Origin: Prevotellaceae bacterium
Lineage (GTDB): Bacteria; Bacteroidota; Bacteroidia; Bacteroidales; UBA932
Direction: 5' to 3'
Assembly: GCA_031281125.1 (NCBI GenBank)
Contig: JAITFU010000030.1
Coordinates: 1-41,085 of the forward strand
Length of the DNA: 41,085 bases
Under the pieces are notes generated by a model, which saw only the letters and a list, made by a program, of their open reading frames with translations, did no database searches and was not told the origin of the DNA. Below are positions 18,892 through 28,400 of this stretch, one piece after another (position 1 is the first letter of the stretch; every line of letters begins with the position of its first letter). A program made the position numbers and the translations under genes.

Positions 18892-18899
18892 CAAAGGTA
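18892..18899 (-). promoter_or_regulatory. Orphan -7-like box TACCTTTG between the frr stop and the terminator
   Basis: Plus strand CAAAGGTA. It points toward the 18828..18850 hairpin with no ORF in between. Confidence 0.25.
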
Positions 18900-18977
18900 C
18901 AACTTAATTTGTTATCTGCAAACAAAAAACAAAAAAATTATGGGGACACTCTTCCTCTCCATTGGAACACAGCCGCA

Positions 18978-19544
18978 TCACACCGTCATTATCTCCTTCT
19001 CCTTTGCCACCAACAACTCATCAATCTTCTTTACAAAACCCTCAGTCTCCTTTTGAATCAGCCCCTCGGTATCTTTGGCCATATCCTCGGGTAAGCCCTC
19101 TTTTTGCATCTTTTTGATCACCTCAATCTGGTCGCGGCGAATGTTGCGGACGCTTACTTTTGCTGCTTCGCCCTCATTTTTAGCGCGTTTAACCAATTCC
19201 TTGCGCCGATCTTCTGTCAGCGGAGGTACGTTGATTCTAATCACCTCTCCGTTGTTCTGCGGGGTAAATCCAATGTTGGCAGCAAGGATCGCCTTCTCAA
19301 TCAATGGGATCATCTTCTTTTCCCAAGGCTGAATATACATGGTGCGGGCATCGGGCGTATTGATGCTTGCTATTTGGTCAATTGGCGTTTGAGTGCCGTA
19401 ATAATCAACGGTAACGCCATTAAAAACAGCAGGAGTCGCCTTTCCTGCCCGATAAGTGGCTAACTCTTCTGTAAAGTGAGACACCGCCTTTTGCATCTTA
19501 ACCTTTGCGGCCTCTACTACCTCTTTGGTTTTTGCTATATCCAT
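18978..19544 (-). CDS. frr: Ribosome recycling factor
   Basis: Frame of ORF 18978..19583, with the start moved to MDIAKTKEVVEAAKVKMQKAV (188 aa). RAGKATPAVF, VRNIRRD and the overall RRF pattern are present. The longer start would overlap pyrH. Confidence 0.93.
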   Translation of the reverse strand: MDIAKTKEVVEAAKVKMQKAVSHFTEELATYRAGKATPAVFNGVTVDYYGTQTPIDQIASINTPDARTMYIQPWEKKMIPLIEKAILAANIGFTPQNNGEVIRINVPPLTEDRRKELVKRAKNEGEAAKVSVRNIRRDQIEVIKKMQKEGLPEDMAKDTEGLIQKETEGFVKKIDELLVAKEKEIMTV

Positions 19545-19563
19545 AATCTTATATTTTGATTTT

Positions 19564-20268
19564 CTAAAACAACTCTGTTCCAATTGGATCGCCCTTAACC
19601 AACCGCAACAAGTTTCCTCTTTTGTTCATATCAAAAACCACCACCGGCATTTTATTCTCTTTGCAAAGGGCAAAGGCGGTTATATCCATTACTTTAAGAT
19701 TTTTTTGCAACGCTTCGTCAAACGACAAACGATTGTATTTAATGGCTGTAGGCTCTTTCTCCGGATCGGCATTATAGACTCCGTCCACGCGGGTGCCTTT
19801 AAATAGTGCAGAGGCTCCCAACTCCACAGCGCGCAAAGCGGCCGCCGAATCGGTGGTAAAGAAGGGATTACCTGTTCCGCCGGAAATCAAAGCTACGCCC
19901 CCTTTTTCCAAGCACTCAACTGCTTGATCCCTAACCCAGTATCGTGCGTAAGGTTCCATCTGCGTTGCAGAAAACACCTCTGTCTCAAGCCCTTCGCTAC
20001 GCAACGTACAACTTAGCGCAATGCTGTTGATGGTGGTGGCCAACATCCCCATTTGGTCGCCCTTTACGCGGTCAAAACCCTGTCCCACACCCTTTAGCCC
20101 CCTAAAGATATTGCCGCCGCCAACTACAATCGCAACCTGAACACCCGATGCACACACTTCGTGAATCTCCTTGGCATACGCCACAATCACATCCGAATCG
20201 ATGCTTGTTCCGCCTGAGCCTGCCAAACATTCTCCGCTCAATTTTAATAATATACGTCTAAATCTCAT
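19564..20268 (-). CDS. pyrH: UMP kinase
   Basis: 234-aa ORF. ILLKLSGE, VVGGGNIFRG and GTGNPFFTTDSAAALRA motifs are present. Confidence 0.95.
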   Translation of the reverse strand: MRFRRILLKLSGECLAGSGGTSIDSDVIVAYAKEIHEVCASGVQVAIVVGGGNIFRGLKGVGQGFDRVKGDQMGMLATTINSIALSCTLRSEGLETEVFSATQMEPYARYWVRDQAVECLEKGGVALISGGTGNPFFTTDSAAALRAVELGASALFKGTRVDGVYNADPEKEPTAIKYNRLSFDEALQKNLKVMDITAFALCKENKMPVVVFDMNKRGNLLRLVKGDPIGTELF

Positions 20269-20290
20269 ATTGTGTTTCTTCTATAACCTA

Positions 20291-20298
20291 CAAAAATA
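20291..20298 (-). promoter_or_regulatory. -7 promoter box TATTTTTG upstream of pyrH
   Basis: Plus strand CAAAAATA, 23 nt upstream of the pyrH ATG (20268). Confidence 0.4.
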
Positions 20299-20306
20299 AC
20301 ATTTTT

Positions 20307-21431
20307 TTATGAAACAACCAATTCTCTGATGATTCCATCCACAATAAACCACTTTTGAGGAAGAATCTTTACATATCCTGCCTCCATCACCAATAGACCC
20401 TTTTGCAACAGATCGTGGAGAGATTGTTCATAATAAAGCCTGATTTTTTTATCTGTAAACTCCTCATCAAAAGTCTTTTGACACAAGCCCTCTGCGGTGC
20501 GCAGACGTGTCATCACAAACTCATTGTACCGTTTTTTAGTGGTGATAGACTCCTTTTTAATGTACGGAAGGCCAAAATTTATCCCATCTAAATATCTCTG
20601 TACACTCTTTACATTTGCATGGCGGGCCACTCCATTATAGGAGTGCGCCGCCGGCCCAACCCCCAAATAGGGAACTCCCAACCAATATTTACTGTTGTGG
20701 CGCGACCTATACCCTTTTTGCGCAAAATTGGAGATCTCATACTGTTCAAAGTCAGCAGTTGCCAACATCTCTTGCAGCAGCGTATAGTGTCCCGCTGCCA
20801 CATCCTCCTCTACCATCTCAATCGTGCCTTTGTTTACCTCTTTATATATGGGCGTTCCCGGCTCAATCCCTAATTGATAGGCCGAAATATGCTTGGGATG
20901 TAATGCCAACGCTTGCTGTATGTTACGCCTCCATTCCGTCTCCAACAGGCCCGGAAAGCCAAACATCAGATCAAGACTTATATTTTGGAACCCAACACTT
21001 TGTAACGCCTCTACCGCGTGAATTGCCTGTAAAGCGCTGTGCCTCCGGTTCATAAATTGTAAATGATTGTCACAAAACGACTGAATCCCCACGCTTGCTC
21101 GATTTACACCCACGTCAATCAGCTCCTTACCATAATCTGTGGTCACATCTTCGGGGTTCAGCTCCACCGTTACCTCAACAAAATCGGTCTTCCACAACTC
21201 CTTAGCAAACTCAATCAATCCGCCCAACTCTTTTGCCGGTACCAAAGAGGGCGTTCCGCCACCCACATAAAGCGTATCCGGAGGCGTTATATAGTCGCGT
21301 CTCGTTACCATCTCCTCTTTAAGTGCACGCAACAGATCGCCCATAAGCCCCCGCGACCGTATCGAAAAAAAATCACAATAGGTACAAAACTGCGCGCAAA
21401 ATGGAATATGAATGTATAACCCCGTCAACAA
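20307..21431 (-). CDS. hemW: Radical SAM heme chaperone HemW (HemN-like, oxygen-independent coproporphyrinogen oxidase family)
   Basis: 374-aa ORF. LYIHIPFCAQFCTYCDF (CxxxCxxC cluster), YVGGGTPS, and a HemN C-terminal-like domain. Confidence 0.9.
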   Translation of the reverse strand: MLTGLYIHIPFCAQFCTYCDFFSIRSRGLMGDLLRALKEEMVTRRDYITPPDTLYVGGGTPSLVPAKELGGLIEFAKELWKTDFVEVTVELNPEDVTTDYGKELIDVGVNRASVGIQSFCDNHLQFMNRRHSALQAIHAVEALQSVGFQNISLDLMFGFPGLLETEWRRNIQQALALHPKHISAYQLGIEPGTPIYKEVNKGTIEMVEEDVAAGHYTLLQEMLATADFEQYEISNFAQKGYRSRHNSKYWLGVPYLGVGPAAHSYNGVARHANVKSVQRYLDGINFGLPYIKKESITTKKRYNEFVMTRLRTAEGLCQKTFDEEFTDKKIRLYYEQSLHDLLQKGLLVMEAGYVKILPQKWFIVDGIIRELVVS

Positions 21432-21443
21432 TAAAACAGTCAG

Positions 21444-22322
21444 CTATTTAAGCGATACATCAACCGATCCCAATTTTGCCTCCACAGTGTACACATCAAC
21501 GCTATATACACCTTTCTTAAACAAACCCGCCTGACCAAAAAAGACGCACACTTCAATATCAGCGCCTTGGTAGTCCACCTCTCGTGAAGCGGAATAGATC
21601 ATCGACTCTCCACCCGACACAAATACCGACTCATCTCCGGAGGTCATCAACACCCCATCTGGTCCTTTTACCCTAAGATAAATCTTACGCGGCCCTCTAT
21701 TGGCAATGTCGTTCTCCATCAAAAAGAGGCAACACTTTAGCTTTTCTGTACGGCTCGATCGGTCGGTCACTTTCCCGTTGGACAAGAGCGCCGTCAATCC
21801 AAAGTTTCGCCCCTTGACCACCGATCCCACCTCCACTTTTCGGGCATACTCATCTGCGGTGCTTTTAAGCTCGTTGTACTCCCGCTGCGATTTGCGCGCC
21901 TCGTCTCGCGCCGCCACGGCATCTTGACGCAAAGTGGTGTTTAGGGTGTTAAGTGAGTCAATTTGAACAATATAGTGGCGCATAATGCTCCGGAGCGTGC
22001 CCAACTCCTTTTCGTATTCGCGGATTTTAGATCGATTGGACGCTTCGGTTTGTTGCACCCTATCAATCAGTTGATCAACCTTTTCGCGCTCTCGTTCCAA
22101 TTGTAAGCTCAGGGTGTCGTTCTGAGTGTGGATATTTCCGTAGTCTAAACGCAAATCTTGCAACTGAACGGTCAAGTCGTCTTTATCTGTTTGCAGGCTC
22201 TCAATCATTTTATAACGATCTACCCATACCCAGGCCAATACGCCAATTAACGCCACCGCAACAACAGCTAAAATAAGGGTCATAACCCTCAACATGGTTA
22301 CTCTTTTTTCTTCCATAATCAA
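21444..22322 (-). CDS. Hypothetical membrane-anchored coiled-coil protein
   Basis: 292-aa ORF. One N-terminal TM helix (VMTLILAVVAVALIGVLAWVW), about 130 aa of heptad-like Q/E/L/R-rich sequence, then a beta-rich C-terminal domain. It ends 12 nt upstream of hemW. Confidence 0.7.
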   Translation of the reverse strand: MIMEEKRVTMLRVMTLILAVVAVALIGVLAWVWVDRYKMIESLQTDKDDLTVQLQDLRLDYGNIHTQNDTLSLQLEREREKVDQLIDRVQQTEASNRSKIREYEKELGTLRSIMRHYIVQIDSLNTLNTTLRQDAVAARDEARKSQREYNELKSTADEYARKVEVGSVVKGRNFGLTALLSNGKVTDRSSRTEKLKCCLFLMENDIANRGPRKIYLRVKGPDGVLMTSGDESVFVSGGESMIYSASREVDYQGADIEVCVFFGQAGLFKKGVYSVDVYTVEAKLGSVDVSLK

Positions 22323-22341
22323 TTATATTTTCTTTCTGCTG

Positions 22342-22349
22342 CAAAAGTA
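22342..22349 (-). promoter_or_regulatory. -7 promoter box TACTTTTG upstream of the coiled-coil gene / hemW operon
   Basis: Plus strand CAAAAGTA, 20 nt upstream of the ATG at 22322. Confidence 0.4.
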
Positions 22350-22400
22350 CGAAAAAAACACTACATTTACGGGTTATTAAAATTTCTAATTCACAAAAAT

Positions 22401-22868
22401 ATGTTTAAATACCTTATTCGCGTAGTAAAATATATGGTTTACTGCTTTGTTCTGCTCTGCCTGCTTCTTTCTCTAGTCTTCTACACATCCGATCACGGCC
22501 AACTCACCTATTTTTGGGAGATGATTCCCTCCACAAACTATTGGCAAGTGGCCCTCTTTTTGATTGCTTTTGCAGCCGTTTACCCTTTTATTGGATACGC
22601 GCAACGTACTGTCTATCTAAATCGCTCTTTTGAAACCGATAGAGAGGCGCTTATTGAGCCAATTTTGTTTGCCCGTTTTCAAATTACTGACGATTTTGGC
22701 CAAAAACTTGTATTTCGTCACAAAAGCGCCTTTACCCGACTGATGCGGCTTTACGAAGATGCCATCACCATCGATTACTCGAACAATCCCGTAATAATAA
22801 CCGGATTACGCAGAGACGTATATCGTTTTGCCCGCTACATGGAACACATAACGCGGCAACTCACATAA
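22401..22868 (+). CDS. Hypothetical small membrane protein
   Basis: 155-aa ORF with two predicted TM helices (VYCFVLLCLLLSLVFY; VALFLIAFAAVYPFIGY). No recognised family. Confidence 0.6.
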   Translation: MFKYLIRVVKYMVYCFVLLCLLLSLVFYTSDHGQLTYFWEMIPSTNYWQVALFLIAFAAVYPFIGYAQRTVYLNRSFETDREALIEPILFARFQITDDFGQKLVFRHKSAFTRLMRLYEDAITIDYSNNPVIITGLRRDVYRFARYMEHITRQLT

Positions 22869-22895
22869 GATTGACCTCTTTACCCCTCTTTTCCG

Positions 22896-23477
22896 CTACT
22901 TCCCCCACTCCGAGACAGGCGGAATCGCTGTTTGTGTGGTGTCGCTTTGGGCCTTTGTTACACTGTCGATATAGGCTGCCCATCGCTCGTTCTCCTCTTG
23001 CGAAAAAACGTATGGCTCAGGGTCTAACTTTAAGTCATCTCCAAAGGTAAGTACCAAAAGTTTTATATAATCCGAAATCAATATCTGCGACTCGGAAATT
23101 TTTGCGGTGCCTTGCATTGTGCAGCGATCCTTAACCATTTCTAAGTCCAACATCATCAGATCAATAAACAACCTCTGCACCATCCACTCCCTTGCATAAT
23201 CGAGATCTAATTTGATCACCTTTCTTTGCTCCTTTTCTGTAAGAGTCGCAAAATCTTTCTTCCGCCACTTCTCGCCTTCTTTGTACATCGACTCGATCTT
23301 TTTCCCAAAAGCATTCCATTCCTTTGTATATTGGGTAATAAAGCGATACGCCGCCGTGTCGGCTTTATACGATACGGGCAAATCAATTACAATGGGCGCC
23401 ACCGTGGGCTTTTGCTCGGTACAAGTCACAAACAACAAACTTGTTAAGATCCCTAAAATAAATCTGTTAGTTTTCAT
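22896..23477 (-). CDS. Hypothetical lipoprotein
   Basis: 193-aa ORF. Signal/lipobox MKTNRFILGILTSLLFVTC. Helical, K/E-rich body. Confidence 0.65.
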   Translation of the reverse strand: MKTNRFILGILTSLLFVTCTEQKPTVAPIVIDLPVSYKADTAAYRFITQYTKEWNAFGKKIESMYKEGEKWRKKDFATLTEKEQRKVIKLDLDYAREWMVQRLFIDLMMLDLEMVKDRCTMQGTAKISESQILISDYIKLLVLTFGDDLKLDPEPYVFSQEENERWAAYIDSVTKAQSDTTQTAIPPVSEWGK

Positions 23478-23498
23478 TTTTCTTATATTTTAATCGTG

Positions 23499-23506
23499 CA
23501 AATATA
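23499..23506 (-). promoter_or_regulatory. -7 promoter box TATATTTG upstream of the 193-aa lipoprotein gene
   Basis: Plus strand CAAATATA, 22 nt upstream of the ATG at 23477. Confidence 0.4.
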
Positions 23507-23546
23507 GTTATAATTTAGTTGTAATCTTAGTTGGATAAAAAAAATG

Positions 23547-23554
23547 TATCTTTG
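23547..23554 (+). promoter_or_regulatory. -7 promoter box TATCTTTG upstream of the DUF3791 gene
   Basis: TATCTTTG lies 26 nt upstream of the ATG at 23580 and overlaps the ORF-track start at 23544. Confidence 0.45.
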
Positions 23555-23579
23555 CAAATTGACATTAAAAATAGTTTTT

Positions 23580-23828
23580 ATGGAAGCATTAAGGCAAAAA
23601 CACGAACTTGATAGAGAAACGCAAAACAAAGTAGGTTTCATGGCATTCATTATCAATCAATTTGCTCGCACCTATAAAATGAATAGTCAAAATGCGTATT
23701 TGTATCTAAAAAAGTACGGTGGTTTTGATTTTCTTAATGAATGCTGGTGGGCATTGCACACTGATAATCCAATGTGGGCAGTGCGTGATATGTATTTGAT
23801 TTGTGTTCAAAATGGAGGACAAAAATGA
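23580..23828 (+). CDS. DUF3791-family protein (putative antitoxin-like partner)
   Basis: Frame of ORF 23544..23828, with the start moved to MEALRQKHELDRE. FIINQFARTYKMNSQNAYLYLKKYGGFDFL...WWALHTD matches my memory of DUF3791. The stop overlaps the next start (ATGA at 23825..23828). Confidence 0.72.
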   Translation: MEALRQKHELDRETQNKVGFMAFIINQFARTYKMNSQNAYLYLKKYGGFDFLNECWWALHTDNPMWAVRDMYLICVQNGGQK

Positions 23829-24496
23829 AAGTTTATCACGGAAGTTATACGGCAATAGATCAAATTGACCTTAGTCATTGCGAAGTCGGCAAAGATTTTG
23901 GACAGGGTTTTTATGTTACCAAGCTATTTGAACAAGCAGAATTTTGGGCAATTAGAAAAGGCAGAATAAAACGAACTAAAGCAGTTGTTACCGAGTTTGA
24001 TTTTAATGAAAACATTTGTCGTATAATGAAATTCAAAGTGTTGCGTTTTGATGATTATAACGAAAAATGGCTTGAATTTGTTGTGCAAAACAGATTAAAC
24101 GATACCGAACAACAAGCACACGATTACGATATAATTGAGGGACCGGTTGCTGATGACAAAATTACCGAACAAATCAAGGATTATATTGCTGGAATTATTA
24201 CAGAAGAGAAATTTCTTAATGACCTTGTTCATAACCCATCACACCAAATTTGTTTTTGCACAGTACAGTCATTACAATCATTATCGCTCTCAAAAGACAA
24301 AATTGATAGTGCAAAATATCATATTGACAAAGATGTTTTGCAAGCTCTAATGACCGATTATGGAATAGATGAAATTAAAGCAGCCGACCTATACTACACA
24401 TCAAACACTTATACCCAACTTGCCGACGAAACCACAGAATTTTACAAAAAGGATTGGACTAATATATATAAACTTTTGAAACAAGAAATCATTTGA
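23825..24496 (+). CDS. DUF3990-family protein (ADP-ribosyltransferase-like motif pattern)
   Basis: Frame of ORF 23801..24496, with the start moved to MKVYHGSYTAI. The YHGS and DFGQGFYVT motifs are characteristic of DUF3990. DUF3990 habitually sits next to DUF3791. Confidence 0.75.
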   Translation: MKVYHGSYTAIDQIDLSHCEVGKDFGQGFYVTKLFEQAEFWAIRKGRIKRTKAVVTEFDFNENICRIMKFKVLRFDDYNEKWLEFVVQNRLNDTEQQAHDYDIIEGPVADDKITEQIKDYIAGIITEEKFLNDLVHNPSHQICFCTVQSLQSLSLSKDKIDSAKYHIDKDVLQALMTDYGIDEIKAADLYYTSNTYTQLADETTEFYKKDWTNIYKLLKQEII

Positions 24497-24502
24497 CACG
24501 AT

Positions 24503-24545
24503 AAAAAAAAACCGCCCCACAATTGCTTGAAGGGCGGTTTTTTAA
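24503..24545. terminator. Bidirectional rho-independent terminator
   Basis: AAAAAAAAACCGCCC ... GGGCGGTTTTTT. A GC stem (24512..24517 with 24532..24537) is flanked by an A-run and a T-run. It lies between the convergent DUF3990 gene and the beta-barrel gene. Confidence 0.7.
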
Positions 24546-24558
24546 TAATCACAAACTC

Positions 24559-25407
24559 TTAGAAACGAATACCAAATTTTAGTTGCGGCAACGCAAAGAA
24601 AGAAATGGTATGCGCGTTGGCGTTCCAGTTAAGTCCATCTGAATATACACGCGCTAACGTGTACATATAGTTAAATGGACGCACTTCGATCGCCACATTG
24701 AGTCCGGGTAAAAAGTTATACTCAATCCCGGCGGTGATAGCTCCCGTAAAGCCGAAAACTTCACCGGCGCGCTTGTGTGCATAAAAAATTTCGGTCCATA
24801 ATTCATCGCCCAATTCATCGCCTGTATAGGGCAGTGTTACCTGAATCCGAGCGTGCTGAATACTTCCCAATACTCCCAGATAGGGGAAAATACGTCCGTT
24901 ACAATTATTAAAGTAGTAGTTGGTGCCTAAGGCGCCCATCCAGTTGTCCTGGAGGCGGCCCTGTACATATTTTAATCCGGGATAGACGGCATCTCCAAAG
25001 TCAATATACTCTTGATAATGTCTTTGGGGTTGTACGCCTATGTCCATCATAAACATGCCGTTTACTTCCCACCTGTTTGTAATAAAGTATTTTCCCTGAA
25101 TCCCCGCGATGTTTGTAACGGAGTTGTTGTTTAAACTCCCTACGTGGAACACAATCGATGGGTCATCTGACTGATTTTTGGTGAGGCCCTGACCGGCAAT
25201 GCCAAAGTTTGATCCGGAAACGATTCCGGGTAAGAGGTAGGTGTTGTCCTCAATGGGGAAAAAGAGGCCCCTTCCTAACATCAAATTGACTTGCCATTGG
25301 CCCGCACGCGGTGCAAACAGCGCACTTCCGGAGCGTTCCACCGGTTGCGCCAGCAAGGGCGCAACCGTTAGAGCCGCTACAAGAAATATGCTAAGTTTTT
25401 TAGTCAT
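24559..25407 (-). CDS. Outer-membrane beta-barrel protein (small porin/OmpW-like size)
   Basis: 282-aa ORF. SPase-I signal MTKKLSIFLVAALTVAPLLAQ. Alternating hydrophobic beta-strand pattern and a terminal aromatic beta-signal (LKFGIRF). It starts 20 nt after the upstream 1076-aa gene. Confidence 0.75.
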   Translation of the reverse strand: MTKKLSIFLVAALTVAPLLAQPVERSGSALFAPRAGQWQVNLMLGRGLFFPIEDNTYLLPGIVSGSNFGIAGQGLTKNQSDDPSIVFHVGSLNNNSVTNIAGIQGKYFITNRWEVNGMFMMDIGVQPQRHYQEYIDFGDAVYPGLKYVQGRLQDNWMGALGTNYYFNNCNGRIFPYLGVLGSIQHARIQVTLPYTGDELGDELWTEIFYAHKRAGEVFGFTGAITAGIEYNFLPGLNVAIEVRPFNYMYTLARVYSDGLNWNANAHTISFFALPQLKFGIRF

Positions 25408-25427
25408 TCTATCGATAAATTATATTA

Positions 25428-28400
25428 TCAAATTACAAGAGCTAAAATGGTATCTTTTTCTTTGTCCAAAATCTTCAGCTCGGCATCAATAATATCAATG
25501 CGTTCTTGGAGAGAGGCAATATGGGCATCAATATGTTTAACCCTGTTTTCTACAAAATTTGCATGGTCGCTGTCGGCTAAAATCAAACCGTTGTGGTAAA
25601 TGCCAAGGGTATTAAACAACTTGATGTTCTCTTCTGCAGCGGTAAGTTGGGCTTGATACTTGACAAAGTTGTCAAACGCGTCTTTGTAATATGTGGGCGC
25701 CCAAATGTGTGCTGCGGTCTCAGCAATCATGTGGTTGATAACATCAAGCATTGCAAAGTAGTGATTTTCAAATACGTCAGCTTGGAAGTGCATTGCTTTG
25801 ATTTCAAAATCTTTGAATACGCGCTCTTGCTCGGCGGCTACCCACTTGTTGTAGAGGTCTTCTACTACAGGACGCAAGGCGGCAATCTCATCGCTAATGG
25901 CGTCTAACAACTTATGGTAGCTGTTGGCGTCCACGTTCTCGTCATACCAGAATTTGAATTGATTGTAGTTGCGGATGGCAATAAAGGCCCTTGCTGCACG
26001 TGCGGTTGGAATTGCGGGAGCTGTTGTGGAAAATGCAGCCCAACCTGTATTTGCTTCCCAAAGCACGGGATCGCCCAGATAAATGGGGCTGCCAATGTTT
26101 ACCCAACGGTTATACTGTGTTCCGGTCAAGGCTACGCGATGAACGGCAAGGCTGGGATAATAAGCCCACCACCAACTTGTATTGGTACCGATATTATCGC
26201 TCAACTGATCATCTGCAAAATGAATATATTCGTATGGCACAAAATTGCGTGTCCAGTAGAGAACATCCTCTGTTAAATAAGGAGGATAGGTACCGGTGGT
26301 CAACTCGGGCTTAAATTGGAAGTCTTTTGTTGCATCGCCGGGTGTGCCTACTGCAGCTTTGTTAAAATCATCGGTTAGCCATCCGTTGCAGTTTGTGCTG
26401 CCTGTACCCCATTTACGATGGTAGGGAGTGTACAACCTTGCATCTACCGCATTTAGTGTATCTACAGCATTTTGATAACCTATCCATCTGGTTCTAAGAT
26501 TTGCCTCAGCAGTAATCACTAATGCTGAATATGGAGATTTTGCGCCGGAGGGGAACACACGGTTGCCGGCCGCCGGAGCCGTTGCTTTTGTAAGACAGGT
26601 TGCCGTGCTGTAATAGCCGGGGAAGTTTACGGCGGTGTATTTCAAAAAGTCTGTTCTAATTTGAAGGTCGGCATCTGTATAACCGCTTGAGTTGATAGAA
26701 ATCACGTTGCCAATGTTAATCATGCCAGGGTTCTCCAACAAAACGTAGAGCAGGAACCAAATATGGTACTCCCAAGGTTGGCTCACGCCATACTTGCCCA
26801 TAATGGGGCCTTCATTTTTAAGAATTTCCAACATTTCGGCTTGTGTGTAGCCCACAGTCGCTAATTTGATAGGATCAATTGCTCCTTGGAAGAAAAGGTA
26901 GTTAGCATAATAAGTAGGCATTAATTCTGCAACGGCGGCAACAAGGTCATAAGTGTAGGCATATCCCAAAATCATATTGATCAGGTCTTGGAATGCTTTT
27001 ACATTTTTACCTGTCCACAAAAGCTCCAACAATCCGCCGGGGTTAAAGGTAATCCCGCCCAATACGTCAGAAATTTGCAAATGTTTGTCTAACTCCAATT
27101 TCCAATCTAAGTCAATCTCGCCTTCTTCAAAGAGTAAATATTTTACATTTTTTACGTAGGTAGAGATCAAATGGGTCAGCACCAAATATTTGAAGTTAAG
27201 GGTGCTCATATTGGCGATCGCAAGCACCTTTTCTGCCCTTAAATCAGGATTGGTAACGCCATCTTTGTTCATTGTGGCCACCAGTTCCATTAAAGCTTTT
27301 GCGCCTGCCTCAATCTGTGCTTGGGTAAATTCAATTTTGTTGTTGGTGCCCTTTAGGAACCCATACAAACCAGTAAATGCATCTACTGCATCGTCGTAGG
27401 TATCAGATGTTGCTTTCCAATAGTCTGGCGTGATAGCTATGGCATAGTTGGTCCTCCATTTGGTCATGTCGTTGTTGAAGTTGGCAATAGCAGTAGTCAT
27501 ATCTTTGTCCCTCTTATCCAAATTTGCTTTTGCTAATGCCTCACCCTCAACGCCTCTGATAATGCGGTTTTTCTCAATATAGATTGAGTCTAAGATCAAC
27601 TGCTCCATGGTGTTTTTAGCGCCCAATTGTGCTTTTGCTCCAAACGGCTCGCCTTCGGCATAGAAAGAATAGGTGTTGTTAACAACGCCGGTAAAGATGG
27701 TTACGTTTTTGGCACCAAGACTGTGGTTCAACCCTTGGTTAACAACGCTACCAATTCTAAAGAAGTCGTCTGCCACTTTGGAGAATACGTTCTCAACAAT
27801 GGGGGTGTGCAATCCGCCGCCGTATTTGTAATCGAGTTCGGCGTCAGAAACTTTTTTCTTAAGTTCTTCTAAGTTAAATTGCTCCATGTCGGCTGCAAGG
27901 CGAAGCTCGGTTGATTTGGCAAACGCCTCTTTAAGATCTTGCTCCACTTTGGGCAAATAGCTCTCAAATTGATCAATGGCAAGGTCTTTAAGTTCTTCCC
28001 ACATGTTTAAGGCGTGCTCGGCAATGTTAAATAGAAACTGAGCTTGCTCAAGTTCATAAGCCAAAATAGCCTCAATTTTGGGCACTTCAACGGCTAAGTA
28101 CATGATCCTTCTGGCCATCCACTCGGCAACTTGGGCCTCTAAGCCGGCTTTTTCAATAATCAACGCCCTCATCTTGGTTATGATACGGTCGCAGTTTGTG
28201 ATCTTTGCTTTTTCCAAATCCTTCTCTAACTTGATAATTTCCTCATACCATAGATAGATAGCCTTGACGCCTTTGCGCTTCTCGGCTGCCAACTTGTTGA
28301 GTTCCTTCTCAATCATCACATTTAGTTTGGCAATTTCGTAATCGATTCTTGCTTGCAGAACGGCTTTTTCAAACTCATTTGCGAGTTTTTCTCTTTCGTT

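Noticed and set aside
20615-21419. Plus-strand ORFs (146, 84 and 118 aa) opposite hemW
   Set aside because: They are antisense shadows of a gene with a clear radical-SAM CxxxCxxC motif.
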